The position numbers and the translations under genes are program-made. DNA of 64,000 bases from an uncultured Candidatus Saccharibacteria bacterium (lineage in GTDB: Bacteria; Patescibacteriota; Minisyncoccia; Ryanbacterales; GWA2-47-10b), in the NCBI GenBank assembly GCA_964356915.1, contig CAYHJF010000004.1:663-64662 (forward strand), written 5' to 3'. Of the stretch, positions 18,822 to 29,198 are shown in pieces (positions within the stretch are counted from its first letter, which is position 1; each line of letters begins with the position of its first letter). Under the pieces are notes generated by a model, which did not search any database, was not told the DNA's origin, and saw nothing but the letters and a program-made list of their open reading frames with translations.

Positions 18822-19718
18822 TTAATTAACAACCAACGTACTCCGAATCAGATCAAACTGCTCAAGAAGCGCGCGCTTATCAAATTCTTTGACCGCGCCC
18901 GGTTCATAATTTTGGATCGCGCCGTAGTGGACAAAATACCGTACCGCAACACACGGATTCGTACCTGGAATCGCATAGATACTCTCTTCGTATCTATTAC
19001 CTGCTCCGGCATTTGAAGCTTCTATAAATGAATATGTCGTACCATTTTCTATGCGCTCTGTAGTTGGATGCGTACCATCAAGAAAAATGCTGGCGGCACA
19101 ATTTTGTGTCTGAGGCACTCTCTCGATACTAATATACGTATCGTTGAAAAGATTCGTACCTTGAGCAAGAGATGCCGGAATTTTGAATTGCACTCCTCCA
19201 ATAACCACATCTGGGCTCATCTGATAGCGATACAACTCATCTATCGAATACCCTTGGGGCAATCTAATCGAAAAACTATTTGTATCATTTGAGTATATAT
19301 ATGAAAGATTTTTACCTACTGGCTCTGGAGCAACCGCGATACAGCCGCTATAACCTTTCTCCTCACTATTTTCAAGCACTAAAGCCCCATTGCCTTTACT
19401 CCAAAAAACAAATGACTCGTCTGGACTCACGTATTGTGCTCCGCTTCCGGAGACAGTCTGAGCAAGTATCATAGTGCGTCCATCGCTGAGCACAAGCTTT
19501 ACACTCCCGTTTGGTACCGGTCGATCATCCTCTTTTTGGGAAGGCGTCGCTTCATTCGTAGAAAAAATAGCTTCGATCGTCTTCTGTCCATCGCATGAAT
19601 AAATTACTGTATGCGACTGAATATTCATTGAAGGCGCCACTGATAAACGATTCATCGCATACCAACCCCCGATGAAAATGATAACGGCTATCAAAATAGT
19701 AACAATATAATATTTCAT
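18822..19718 (-). CDS. Membrane-anchored MliC/PliC (lysozyme inhibitor) domain protein with a second C-terminal domain
   Basis: YSCDG...LAQTVSGSGAQY...FVFWSKGNGA, matching MliC signature motifs. Confidence 0.8.
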   Translation of the reverse strand: MKYYIVTILIAVIIFIGGWYAMNRLSVAPSMNIQSHTVIYSCDGQKTIEAIFSTNEATPSQKEDDRPVPNGSVKLVLSDGRTMILAQTVSGSGAQYVSPDESFVFWSKGNGALVLENSEEKGYSGCIAVAPEPVGKNLSYIYSNDTNSFSIRLPQGYSIDELYRYQMSPDVVIGGVQFKIPASLAQGTNLFNDTYISIERVPQTQNCAASIFLDGTHPTTERIENGTTYSFIEASNAGAGNRYEESIYAIPGTNPCVAVRYFVHYGAIQNYEPGAVKEFDKRALLEQFDLIRSTLVVN

Positions 19719-20234
19719 TTAGAAAAAGAAAATATACAATGCGGATAAAAGAATTCCAAGATTCATATAGGATGTAGCGGCCATACCTGGAGCACGGTAG
19801 AGAGGATGTATACGATAGCCAACCCAAAAAACAACACGAGCAACAACAAACGTAATTGTACAAGCCAATATCAGCTTCATATTCATTGCTGAGAGGCTCG
19901 TACTCAGCGCGAGTGTCCCAATCAAAAAAACAAAATTTTGTTGAAGGGTATTATCCGCTACTCGGCCATCAATCTCTATAGACGCACGCTCTGCATGCGC
20001 AAGTGGATTTATCGCATCACTTAAGAAGCGAGCGTTGCCAACATTAATAAGGATGATAAAAAATGGAACTATTGCGACAGCATTTAATTGAAGCGTGTAT
20101 GCTAGCCTTTCTGCTATAGTAGTGAATCCCGTTGTTGTGGGCAAAAGATAAAAAAGACCGCTAACGAGTACCGCCATACCAAACACTCCACTTGCCGCTC
20201 CAATTGCTACAATTTTCTGCTCTCGCCTCATCAT
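19719..20234 (-). CDS. MAPEG family membrane protein
   Basis: 4 TM; RVADNTLQQ, FVVARVVFWVGY..PLYRAPG. Confidence 0.75.
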   Translation of the reverse strand: MMRREQKIVAIGAASGVFGMAVLVSGLFYLLPTTTGFTTIAERLAYTLQLNAVAIVPFFIILINVGNARFLSDAINPLAHAERASIEIDGRVADNTLQQNFVFLIGTLALSTSLSAMNMKLILACTITFVVARVVFWVGYRIHPLYRAPGMAATSYMNLGILLSALYIFFF

Positions 20235-20266
20235 CTTAATGTTATGCCGTTTAACCCTGCCTTTGA

Positions 20267-20725
20267 TTACTGTTGATCGTACGCCTTCTGTAAACCTGCG
20301 ATATCAATCTTCTTCATCTGAAGCATCGCCTGCATGACTCGCCCTGCTTTTGCTGGATCAGGATCTCCAAGTAACTGACTTAAAGCTTTTGGAATAATCT
20401 GCCATGACAAACCATATTTATCTTTGAGCCACCCACACTGACTTTCTTCTCCACCATCTGAAATTAATTTACCCCACAACTCATCTACCTCAGATTGATC
20501 ACCGCAATCTACAAATAGTGAAATTGCTTCTGTAAATTTATACTGCGGACCACCATTGAGGGCATAGAATGTCAGCCCCTCAATTTCAAATGATACCCAC
20601 ATAGCTTTATTATTGGGACCAGGAGTAACGTGCGTAATCTGAGCATTCTTAAAGATTGAAACATAAAACTTTGCTGCTTCTTCAGCCTGATCATCGAACC
20701 ATAAAAATGGAGTTATTTTTTGCAT
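20267..20725 (-). CDS. VOC family protein (PhnB/3-demethylubiquinone-9 3-methyltransferase-like)
   Basis: KITPFLWFDDQAEEAAKFY, ALNGGP, CGWLKDKYGLSWQI. Confidence 0.9.
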   Translation of the reverse strand: MQKITPFLWFDDQAEEAAKFYVSIFKNAQITHVTPGPNNKAMWVSFEIEGLTFYALNGGPQYKFTEAISLFVDCGDQSEVDELWGKLISDGGEESQCGWLKDKYGLSWQIIPKALSQLLGDPDPAKAGRVMQAMLQMKKIDIAGLQKAYDQQ

Positions 20726-20809
20726 ATTTTTTTATTAACGTATATAAACTACTCTGCGATATTTGCAGTGTAACAAAAAATACCCATGCCCGCTAGATAT
20801 TTTATATGA

Positions 20810-22579
20810 CTAACTTTCTCTCTTCCCGTGAAGGAGCATCTCAACTGCATGCTCCATGGAGCCCGCAAGAATAACTTCGCCACCATTTACAAAGAAAATC
20901 TCATCGGCATTTTCAATAGTATTTAAACGATGAGCGATGATAACGCGAGTCGTATGTTTTGGTAATTTCTTCAAAATATTCTCGAGTAATTCCTCTGTCA
21001 CGGTATCAATATTCGCCGTTGCCTCATCAAGAATAAGTATCTCAGGATTACGAAGTACGCTTCGCATAAAAGCAATCAACTGCTTTTGACCGAGAGAAAG
21101 CGCGTCGCCCGATATCGCAACACGCGCATCGAGTCCTCCGTCAAAGCGCACCAATAAACTCTCAAGCCCCGCATTATGGATTACTTTCATGAGCGCGTCA
21201 GTCGAGAGATCTTTATAGATCTCATTACCATACAGAATATTTTCACGCACCGTGCCAGAGAAAAGTATTGGCTCCTGCAAAATAAAACCTATCTTACGCG
21301 TACGCTCAGCCGGATCAAATGTTCGAATATCTCGACCATTAAGCAAGACTATTCCCTTGGAAGGATCGTACAATCGCGCCATCAGTGAGGCTGTCGTAGT
21401 TTTACCACCACCCGTTGGACCAACAAGCGCATACGTCTTGCCACGCTCAAGTGTAAAGTTCACATTATGCAGTACATCTCTATCATTTGCATATCCAAAA
21501 GAAACTTCTCTAAAGGTTAAAACTTCGGCTTTCTCTTTCTGCGCCACATCCGCTGACATAACGGGCAATATTGTCATATCGTTTTGCATCTGGAGTATCG
21601 CTGAAATCCGATCCCAACCTGCAAGCGCAACTTGAAAGTTAGACCATAGCGCGGAGAGCTGACGAAGCGGGTTGTAAAAATTTGAAACATACGAGAGAAA
21701 GCCTATGAGAAGACCGAGCGTAAAACTACCTATCGTAATAAGATACGCGCCATAAACAAGGACGATAAGTTGCGCGGCATTAGATGAAAGACCAAAAACA
21801 GGCATAAATGTATTATTGGCAACGCCAGCGCCAATTGCAGTCTTATAACTCGCGTCATTCACACTCTGAAACCGCTCACGAAAAAAATCTCGCCGGTTAA
21901 ACGCAACGACTACTTTAAAATTATTTAAACTCTCTGCAATCTCTGCGGATAGCCCACCAATTGCGGTCAATGAAGCCGCATTTTTACGCTTTACCCATGG
22001 TGAGATCAGTTGCGTAAAAATAAGAAGTACGGCCGCAGGAGCAAGCGCAGCTGCACCCAACCGAAGATGAATCGAGAGGAGAAAAACTCCAGCACCAATC
22101 ATAATTACAATGCTTCCCATAAACTGTACTAATGTTTGTGAGAAAAATTGATTGAGCTTATCCGTGTCATTATTAATGCGCGAAATAAGATCTCCCGCCT
22201 TGTTATCATTAAAAAATGCAACTGGTAATTCCTGAAGTTTGCTAAATATTTTTGTACGCAGATTGAAGAGTACGCGCTGACCAACGCCACCCATAAGTCG
22301 TGTCTGCGCATAACTCGTAAAGAGACCTACGCCATAAAGACTAAGAAGTATAAGCGCAAAGGTAACCACGCCTCCAAATTGCTTTGCAATAATATACGTA
22401 TCAACAACATGAGCAATCAAAAGTGGAGCAATGAGGTTGATTGAAGAGTTGGCAAGCGTAGCGATGCCAGCATATATCAAAATACTCCGCTCACCGGAAA
22501 GTAACGGCCACAAATCTCGAATTGCGCCCCATGTCGAGATTTTATTTTTATTTTGTTCGGCGTTAAGTTCGTAGTTCAT
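20810..22579 (-). CDS. Heterodimeric ABC exporter subunit (TMD plus NBD)
   Basis: 6 TM; GPTGGGKTT; degenerate signature LSLGQ; LDEAT; IAHR. Confidence 0.9.
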   Translation of the reverse strand: MNYELNAEQNKNKISTWGAIRDLWPLLSGERSILIYAGIATLANSSINLIAPLLIAHVVDTYIIAKQFGGVVTFALILLSLYGVGLFTSYAQTRLMGGVGQRVLFNLRTKIFSKLQELPVAFFNDNKAGDLISRINNDTDKLNQFFSQTLVQFMGSIVIMIGAGVFLLSIHLRLGAAALAPAAVLLIFTQLISPWVKRKNAASLTAIGGLSAEIAESLNNFKVVVAFNRRDFFRERFQSVNDASYKTAIGAGVANNTFMPVFGLSSNAAQLIVLVYGAYLITIGSFTLGLLIGFLSYVSNFYNPLRQLSALWSNFQVALAGWDRISAILQMQNDMTILPVMSADVAQKEKAEVLTFREVSFGYANDRDVLHNVNFTLERGKTYALVGPTGGGKTTTASLMARLYDPSKGIVLLNGRDIRTFDPAERTRKIGFILQEPILFSGTVRENILYGNEIYKDLSTDALMKVIHNAGLESLLVRFDGGLDARVAISGDALSLGQKQLIAFMRSVLRNPEILILDEATANIDTVTEELLENILKKLPKHTTRVIIAHRLNTIENADEIFFVNGGEVILAGSMEHAVEMLLHGKRES

Positions 22580-24299
22580 AAGTACTTGTTGAGCGCTGAG
22601 AATTATAAATCTGAACGTACTCTGGTGAAACTCGCATGAGTTCAGAGTGTGTACCTCGAGCAAGGATCTCCCCTTCCATCAGCAAAATAATCTGATCATA
22701 CGCTTCGACCGGAACAATCTTCTGCGTTATTGAAATAAGCGTTAACCCGGGATAGTTTTCTTCAATATTTGCTAAAATCTTACGCTCGGTCTGCGCGTCT
22801 ACTCGCGCGGTAAAATCATCGAGAAAAAGAATCTTTGGTTCAAGTGCAAGCGCTCGAGCAAGCATGATGCGCTGCTTCTGACCACCGGAAAGTGACGTAC
22901 CTCTCTCGGAAACAAGTGTATCAAGACCTTCAGGTAGCGTATGAAGAAAATCGGCAAGCTCTGCTGTCTCTATGGCCTTTTTGAGCGACTCATCCGTTAC
23001 GATTTTACTAAAAGCAATATTCTCACGCATCGTCGTGTTAAAGAGAATACTATCTTGAAACACAAGACCAATCTGCGGATAAAACAATGCGCGCTCATAC
23101 TCGGCAAGAAGATGTCCGTCATATCTAACTTCACCCGTCTCGGGAAAAGTAAGCCCCGCAATCACATTAAGCAGTTGAGTTTTACCTGCAGCGGTCGGAC
23201 CAATAATGGCAGTCTTGGTATTTGGCATAATCGAGAAAGAAATATCTTTCAGTGCCGCTTTCTCGCCATACATGACCGTTATATTGCTAGCATCGATCTG
23301 ACCGCTCAATAATCCTACAAGTTTGCCATCATCTTTTTCATCGGGTGCCTGAAGTACTTCGTAAATACGTGCATACGATATTGTAGCCTGAGCAATAACA
23401 TTGCTCATGAATCCGATTACAAGAATTGGGAAAATAAGCACGACGATATAACTCATAAACGCGACAAATGAACCAATCGTCATTGAGCCCTGAACGACAT
23501 AATAGCCGCCAAGTGTTACTACCATGAGTATACCCATACTTGAAACGAACGTAATAACCGGGATCATGAATGAAAATAATCGTAAAATACTAACACCAAG
23601 ATCTCGCGCCTTAGTATTTGCATCTCTAAATTTGTCATGCTCAAGCTCGCCTGAGTTCAATACACGAATCAATGCCGCGCCCATAATACTTTCGTTGATA
23701 ACCTTATTAAGCCAATCAACTACCTCGCGACTCTGCTTAAAAAGCAGACGAACTTTTTGCAAGATAACAAAAAACGTACCACCAATAATCGGAATAATAG
23801 TAAGCACTGCAAGCGCCAACTTCCAATCAATCGTAATAAGAATGATCGCGGTACCAATAATAATAACGCCCGAAGAGACAAGCGAAACGATAACCTGCGC
23901 CACAAACATTTTAATAGAGTCTATGTCAGAGGTAATATTTGTCAGCAATTTTGATGGATCTCTTTCTTGGATAAATCGGTACCCCTGATGTGAGATCTTG
24001 GTGGCAAGATGCGAACGTAAATCACGTGCAACTTTTTCTGACGCGTACGTCTGCACAATGCTCTGAAGATATGTAAAGAAAAAAATCGCAAACGTGAATT
24101 CTCCAAACTGAATGGCGAACGTCGACAAGTTGAGCGCCCCTCGCACATAAAGATCAATTCCTTCTGCAATCAGCTTTGGCAAAAAAAGCGTTAATACATT
24201 TGCAGTAATGGCAAAAACAATAAGCAAGATAATCATGCCTCGATATGGTCCGAGTATACTAAAAATATTTGGTGGTTTTGAAATTGGCGTAGAAGTCAT
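22563..24299 (-). CDS. Heterodimeric ABC exporter subunit (degenerate NBD)
   Basis: 6 TM; GPTAAGKT; LSGGQ; Walker B LDD (E replaced by D) and switch Q (ITQK), as in TM287-type subunits. Confidence 0.9.
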   Translation of the reverse strand: MTSTPISKPPNIFSILGPYRGMIILLIVFAITANVLTLFLPKLIAEGIDLYVRGALNLSTFAIQFGEFTFAIFFFTYLQSIVQTYASEKVARDLRSHLATKISHQGYRFIQERDPSKLLTNITSDIDSIKMFVAQVIVSLVSSGVIIIGTAIILITIDWKLALAVLTIIPIIGGTFFVILQKVRLLFKQSREVVDWLNKVINESIMGAALIRVLNSGELEHDKFRDANTKARDLGVSILRLFSFMIPVITFVSSMGILMVVTLGGYYVVQGSMTIGSFVAFMSYIVVLIFPILVIGFMSNVIAQATISYARIYEVLQAPDEKDDGKLVGLLSGQIDASNITVMYGEKAALKDISFSIMPNTKTAIIGPTAAGKTQLLNVIAGLTFPETGEVRYDGHLLAEYERALFYPQIGLVFQDSILFNTTMRENIAFSKIVTDESLKKAIETAELADFLHTLPEGLDTLVSERGTSLSGGQKQRIMLARALALEPKILFLDDFTARVDAQTERKILANIEENYPGLTLISITQKIVPVEAYDQIILLMEGEILARGTHSELMRVSPEYVQIYNSQRSTSTYELRT

Positions 24300-24307
24300 A
24301 TGAAAGA

Positions 24308-24895
24308 CTAGTTAAGTCTCCTTTTGGGTTTAGAGGCTTTTTTAGCAACCAAAATAAAACATGGAAGAATGTTTCTTGGCTCAAATGAAATTGAAATCTT
24401 ATGAAAGTATTTTTCCAAAGGTTTTTTCATGAGAGTACTGTACTGATGAAACACAATAAATGCACCTTGTGGCTTAAGCAGATTGCGCGTTTTTTCAAGA
24501 ACCTGATCTCGCTCAGAGATAGTCAGAAAAGAGAATGGGATACTTGAAACTATTAAGTCGGCGTCTTGAAAATTCTGCGCCTCCTTATCAAGAACATCTT
24601 GGACCTTCCCATTAATGACCGTCAGACGTGGATCGTTGATTCTTTTAAGATCTCTAATAAACTGATCCCCTAGCTCAATCGCCAAAAGCCTTCCGTCTGG
24701 AGCAAGAGATCGAAGAAGCGCCCTTGTCATAACTCCATCTCCTGGCCCATATTCAATAACAGTCTTGGGCGGCATAGGGATATGCTTCAGCACACCCCTC
24801 ACTACATATCGTGAACTCATCATAATAGCGCCGACCTTCCCACGACCCAAAACAGCATTTACTAAAAATTGTACTCGTCTATTCAGCGTTTTCAT
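24308..24895 (-). CDS. Class I SAM methyltransferase (phospholipid N-methyltransferase-like)
   Basis: VGAIMMSS, VIEYGPGDG, IVSSIPF, RNILP. Confidence 0.8.
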   Translation of the reverse strand: MKTLNRRVQFLVNAVLGRGKVGAIMMSSRYVVRGVLKHIPMPPKTVIEYGPGDGVMTRALLRSLAPDGRLLAIELGDQFIRDLKRINDPRLTVINGKVQDVLDKEAQNFQDADLIVSSIPFSFLTISERDQVLEKTRNLLKPQGAFIVFHQYSTLMKKPLEKYFHKISISFEPRNILPCFILVAKKASKPKRRLN

Positions 24896-24902
24896 GAATG
24901 GT

Positions 24903-25472
24903 TTAAAAAAGAGCGCCTATATGCTGAAGTACGTAACGGCCGAAAAAAATGTAGATACCGCATACGACTCCCTCTCCAATAAAAATACCGACAATAAGTT
25001 TCCGAACATCCACCTCAAGCGCGCCACATATGTAACAAATTACGTCTGTCGGCAAAAACGGAAACGCACTCCATGCGATAATAATTGGCAACTCATTTTT
25101 TTCCAACGCCGACCGTACTCTCATGATTTGTCGACTATATCTTTTCGCAAATAACTTATCGATGTGTAGAAATTCAAAAAAATAATACACGCTAACAGAA
25201 GATACGATAATGCCTGCGAGTGTAATAATAAAAAGCGGGAGCGGCGGGAAAAAGAGCAAACCTATAATAATCAGATACGTAACAGGAATTAAAGTAAACC
25301 CGCGTATCGCGCCAAAAAAAAATAAAAACGCATACGCCAAACCCATTGATGCGTGTACCGTCTGCTCAAGCTGACTCTGAAAAAGTTCCGCATGAAAAAA
25401 ATAGACGTAGAGCATACATCCAAGGAATAAAAGCCATAACATGCCAAAAAAGAATCTCAAGCCTTCATTCAA
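24903..25472 (-). CDS. DedA/TVP38 (VTT domain) membrane protein
   Basis: Multi-TM; FPFLPTDVICYICG. Confidence 0.75.
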   Translation of the reverse strand: MNEGLRFFFGMLWLLFLGCMLYVYFFHAELFQSQLEQTVHASMGLAYAFLFFFGAIRGFTLIPVTYLIIIGLLFFPPLPLFIITLAGIIVSSVSVYYFFEFLHIDKLFAKRYSRQIMRVRSALEKNELPIIIAWSAFPFLPTDVICYICGALEVDVRKLIVGIFIGEGVVCGIYIFFGRYVLQHIGALF

Positions 25473-25591
25473 CAGCTAAAAGTGAAGAAACGCAAGACTT
25501 TTAATTTAGTATGCTCAAGTAATTTTTTCTTTATGGATATCTATTACCTAACTCTCCACCCCTACCCCACTTATAACCAACACTCAAAAAA

Positions 25592-26236
25592 CTATGGATA
25601 ATTTCTTCCATCTCCAGATATTGGGATTTTCTCTCCCAAATATTTTGGCTTTCTGCGAAGCGTAAGATCTAGTATGACTTTTTCACTAGCAAAAACTTCG
25701 CGAATATTATTACGAAAAAGAATATGCCCAACATCAGCATTCACCCCATAGGCTTTTACTCCGAGTCGATGTGCAATAAAAACAGCACGAGGCAAATGGA
25801 ATGACTGTGTTGCTATTATCATGGAAGAAACTCCAAAAATATCCCGAGCGCGATACATAGAACTGTAGGTATCGAAACCTGCGTGATCAAGAAAAATATC
25901 CTGATCTGGAATGCCTTTATGTATGAGGTAGCGACGAACTGGATTTACTTCATTGTGACTCTCAGTACTATTGTCGCCAGAGACAAGAATTTTTGAAACT
26001 TTTTTTGTCTCATACAGCTTGATGGCTGTATCGGCTCGATCAATAAAGATAGAAGAAAGACTGCCATCTTCCAAAATAGCTGCTCCTGGGATTAGGACTA
26101 CCTCTGCGGTTGGAACCTTTGCACTATCATTATATATATGCGATTTCGTCGTTAAATAAATACCTATATTGGTAGCGAAAATAAAAAGAACAAAAAATCC
26201 AATAACACACACCACAAAAAAGAAAAGTCGTCTCAT
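25592..26236 (-). CDS. SanA/YdcF/ElyC family protein
   Basis: KILVSGDN, IFLDHAGFDTYSSMYRARDIF, TQSFHLPRA. Confidence 0.9.
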   Translation of the reverse strand: MRRLFFFVVCVIGFFVLFIFATNIGIYLTTKSHIYNDSAKVPTAEVVLIPGAAILEDGSLSSIFIDRADTAIKLYETKKVSKILVSGDNSTESHNEVNPVRRYLIHKGIPDQDIFLDHAGFDTYSSMYRARDIFGVSSMIIATQSFHLPRAVFIAHRLGVKAYGVNADVGHILFRNNIREVFASEKVILDLTLRRKPKYLGEKIPISGDGRNYP

Positions 26237-26307
26237 CTCCCAAGTATACGCCTTTCTACCACTTTTAATCGTTTGAAATTTTCAATGCGCCTCGAATACC
26301 TTTTATA

Positions 26308-26625
26308 CTATTTCTTAGTAAACGATAATCGTCGCTTACGCATAGCAATCTTAAGCTGCCCCATTGCTTTAGGGCCCATGCCATGGAGGTCAGAAATTTC
26401 AACTTCCGTATGTTTTACAAGTTGTGCGAGCATAGTAATTTTTGCACCCAAAAGCGCGCGGAGAGCTGGAGCGGCGAGAGTATTGGGAAAATCGTTTTGT
26501 GATCGCTTTCTATAGTATCCAGCCCAACACTTTGGGCAAACAGGACAATCACTACTTTTGTAAAACTTATGCCCGCGACTGCATATTTTTAATTTTTTGA
26601 TAGTTTTTGTAGTTTTATCGAGCAT
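26308..26625 (-). CDS. Small protein: Cys/His zinc ribbon plus RNAP alpha-CTD-like HhH domain
   Basis: CSRGH..SSDCPVCPKC; LAAPALRAL..AKIT..EISDLHGMGPKA. Confidence 0.7.
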   Translation of the reverse strand: MLDKTTKTIKKLKICSRGHKFYKSSDCPVCPKCWAGYYRKRSQNDFPNTLAAPALRALLGAKITMLAQLVKHTEVEISDLHGMGPKAMGQLKIAMRKRRLSFTKK

Positions 26626-26992
26626 TTTCATCTACCTGAAATACTCCGAATACGTTATTGTCGGTATCGATAAAATATCCTTGCCAGCATTTACCCGGTA
26701 CTGCAAATTTTGGTAATGCAACCTGTCCCCCACTATCAAGTATCTTTTTTCCTATTTCATCAAAATTCATCACCTCTATTGAGCACGTAAATGCGTTGGT
26801 GCCACATTCTGACGGAGGCGTTTTTGCAGGGCGCTTTAGAAGCCCCCCGTTAATTCCATTAGTCTGAATCCGGCAATACTCGATAGGCAATGATTCTTCT
26901 TTGGTAAATTTCCAATCAAAAACATTTTGATAAAATGTAACTGCTTTCTCTAGATCTGACGCCTGTATCTCAAAATATCCAACGCTATTCAT
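26615..26992 (-). CDS. VOC/glyoxalase family protein
   Basis: YFEIQASDLEKAVTFYQNVFDW, INGGLLKR, YFIDTDNNVFGV. Confidence 0.9.
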   Translation of the reverse strand: MNSVGYFEIQASDLEKAVTFYQNVFDWKFTKEESLPIEYCRIQTNGINGGLLKRPAKTPPSECGTNAFTCSIEVMNFDEIGKKILDSGGQVALPKFAVPGKCWQGYFIDTDNNVFGVFQVDENAR

Positions 26993-27405
26993 GACATTGA
27001 GAGAATAAATGCGGCTAACATGATCCCTACAAATTGATAGCCAATCATCACAAAAATCTGCTTAATCCAAAACTTCTTTTTCGTACTCCCCCAAACAACA
27101 GTACCTATTTGAACTGGAGCCACAAAGCCTAACCATATCCAAAAAGCAGTATGGTAAATACCAAGCGCCGAGCCATATACCATAAAATTTGCAAACGCGA
27201 ACGTCGTAAATAATGTGAGAAAAAACTGAAGAGCATAAAAAGGCATCATTGCCTTTTGCATTCTCTCTAACTCCTCCTTTGAAATCTGAGTGACCTCCAT
27301 GATTTCCATCCACCACTTTCCAAACATTAGCGGTGAATACCATAAAGCGCCAAGTATAAACTGAGCAAGCGTCGCTCCTGCAATCAACATGTAATTTATT
27401 TCCAT
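26989..27405 (-). CDS. DUF1761-family membrane protein
   Basis: ILGALWYSPLMFGKWW; FWIWLGFVAP; 4 TM. Confidence 0.85.
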   Translation of the reverse strand: MEINYMLIAGATLAQFILGALWYSPLMFGKWWMEIMEVTQISKEELERMQKAMMPFYALQFFLTLFTTFAFANFMVYGSALGIYHTAFWIWLGFVAPVQIGTVVWGSTKKKFWIKQIFVMIGYQFVGIMLAAFILSMS

Positions 27406-27450
27406 ATCATCAAGTTATGCCATTAAAAAATCTTCCGCTATCTTCTTATT

Positions 27451-27843
27451 TTATACCCTTCTCGCCCCACCCAAAGATTTCGCCGCTTTCTTTTGTAGAT
27501 TTTCTCTTACCCTGAACTTAACGATTTTACTTATCAAGCCCGCAGGTAATGGTTTATCAAATGGAAGCTGAAGAGTGCCTTTTGTTGTCTTATACGCCGC
27601 TAACTCTTTTTTGAAAACTCTGATTCCTGAAGAAGCCGGATAAAAGCCTACGTGCTTCGTAAATGCTCCAAAATGCACGAGATTACCATTTAACTTAAAC
27701 GTAGGAATTCCATAACTAATCGCTTCCTCTGCCTTTGGTGCAGCGTTTTTAATAATAATTCTCAACCTCTTCAAGATTACTTGAACATTTTTTGGATAGT
27801 TAGCGATGTATTCTTCGGTAGTTTTGAAACTTCTCATACTCAT
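27451..27843 (-). CDS. DUF1801/YdhG-like protein
   Basis: APKAEEAISYGIPTF, HVGFYP, KGTLQLPFDKPLP. Confidence 0.88.
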   Translation of the reverse strand: MSMRSFKTTEEYIANYPKNVQVILKRLRIIIKNAAPKAEEAISYGIPTFKLNGNLVHFGAFTKHVGFYPASSGIRVFKKELAAYKTTKGTLQLPFDKPLPAGLISKIVKFRVRENLQKKAAKSLGGARRV

Positions 27844-27866
27844 ACTCTATGCAAAAATCCTACTCA

Positions 27867-28346
27867 TTAATCTTCTTTTTCAATACTACGTTGAATCTCC
27901 CCGAGATCCATATGACGCTCCATGCGCTCAAGCTCTCCGTCTTTTTCTGTCTTTATCCCTAAGTGCTTATGTAGCCCATGAAGCATATTTAAGATTTTTG
28001 TCGTCTCTTCTTCCGCTCGTACATCTACCTCAAACTCTATCCTCTGCCGAATATCAGCAATTTTGCTTTGTCGATTTTGAGAGATAAGCACGATGATTGA
28101 AAGAAATATTGCCTCAAGCGACACCGCCATCGTTAGAAAACCAAATGGAAATGGATCAAATGGGACAAAGCCAAACTCTGGCGTATTAAGCACCAACCAA
28201 ACAGCAAAAAAAAGAATATTTAAAATAAGAAAAGAAACCGTACCAAAATAACGAGTAAAAAGATCCGCGACCGTATCACTCCATTTATGCTCAAATTGGA
28301 TCTGTGAATGTAGGCTTTTTCGTGATACTTCGTGTCTGGGGCTCAT
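27867..28346 (-). CDS. DUF1003-family membrane protein
   Basis: FDPFPFGFLTMAVSLEAIFLSIIVLISQNRQ. Confidence 0.9.
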   Translation of the reverse strand: MSPRHEVSRKSLHSQIQFEHKWSDTVADLFTRYFGTVSFLILNILFFAVWLVLNTPEFGFVPFDPFPFGFLTMAVSLEAIFLSIIVLISQNRQSKIADIRQRIEFEVDVRAEEETTKILNMLHGLHKHLGIKTEKDGELERMERHMDLGEIQRSIEKED

Positions 28347-28549
28347 GGCTTTATAATAGCAAATTTTTCTCCACCTACTAGGGCGACTGTAATGGAGAAT
28401 CACCCTAAATAAAAATAGTGGCATCCCTCACGTCTCTCCGCTCTTACATTTTTAACATCTTGAGGCGCTCCATAATCTCAATACGGTCACCGAGAAAATG
28501 CGTAAAATGTGGATGATTCAAGAATAATCTTGTACTGAGACTATCTCCA

Positions 28550-29122
28550 TTACTCGACAATTCTCACGCTATCCCGAATCGCTACAAAGTCCTGCACGAT
28601 CGGAGCGCCCATTTCTAGGTACGTTACTGTAAAAGTATAAACCCAATTTGATTGCGCGTGAACAATGGTCGTCCCTTCATATAAACCCGACCATCGATAC
28701 GAAAGAGCGTCCAGAGTGCTAATCGTTGTTGATGAAAACTTTCCTTCACTGAGTTTAAAATTTGATTCATTCGTGTTACGAATCCACCCCTCAGTTGTTT
28801 GATTGTCAAGATTATTTTGATAGATATTAATCGTGATTGTAGGCGGACCCTCTCCGTCCGTGGGTAGAGGCAAGTCTTCTTTACGCATCAAAGTGATTAC
28901 GTGGTGTTCGCGCATCGCGCCTCCTGGTATATCCATTTCACTAAAAACATATCTGTCAGGATATAAAAATGAAAGACCGTATGTTGCATTTGAATATTGC
29001 TGAAACTCCGAAGGGTCTTGAACCCTATCTTGTGGGGTACTGTACCGTGCTCTCAAAAAAAGACCCCCAGCAATAAGAACACAAAGGAACACGACAATGA
29101 TAATTCCGTATCGTAAAGACAT
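28550..29122 (-). CDS. Membrane-anchored PsbP-like fold hypothetical protein
   Basis: N-terminal TM; YSNATYGLSFLYP motif. Confidence 0.6.
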   Translation of the reverse strand: MSLRYGIIIVVFLCVLIAGGLFLRARYSTPQDRVQDPSEFQQYSNATYGLSFLYPDRYVFSEMDIPGGAMREHHVITLMRKEDLPLPTDGEGPPTITINIYQNNLDNQTTEGWIRNTNESNFKLSEGKFSSTTISTLDALSYRWSGLYEGTTIVHAQSNWVYTFTVTYLEMGAPIVQDFVAIRDSVRIVE

Positions 29123-29198
29123 ATTTATTAGTATACATGAAGGAATGCATACACCAACAATTTACTGATCTACCAAGACACCAAAACTAATTTACATT

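Noticed and set aside
20753-20771. CTGC-N7-GCAG palindrome as another Fur-family box
   Set aside because: Spacing and core differ from the 44355/44416 motif; single weak instance
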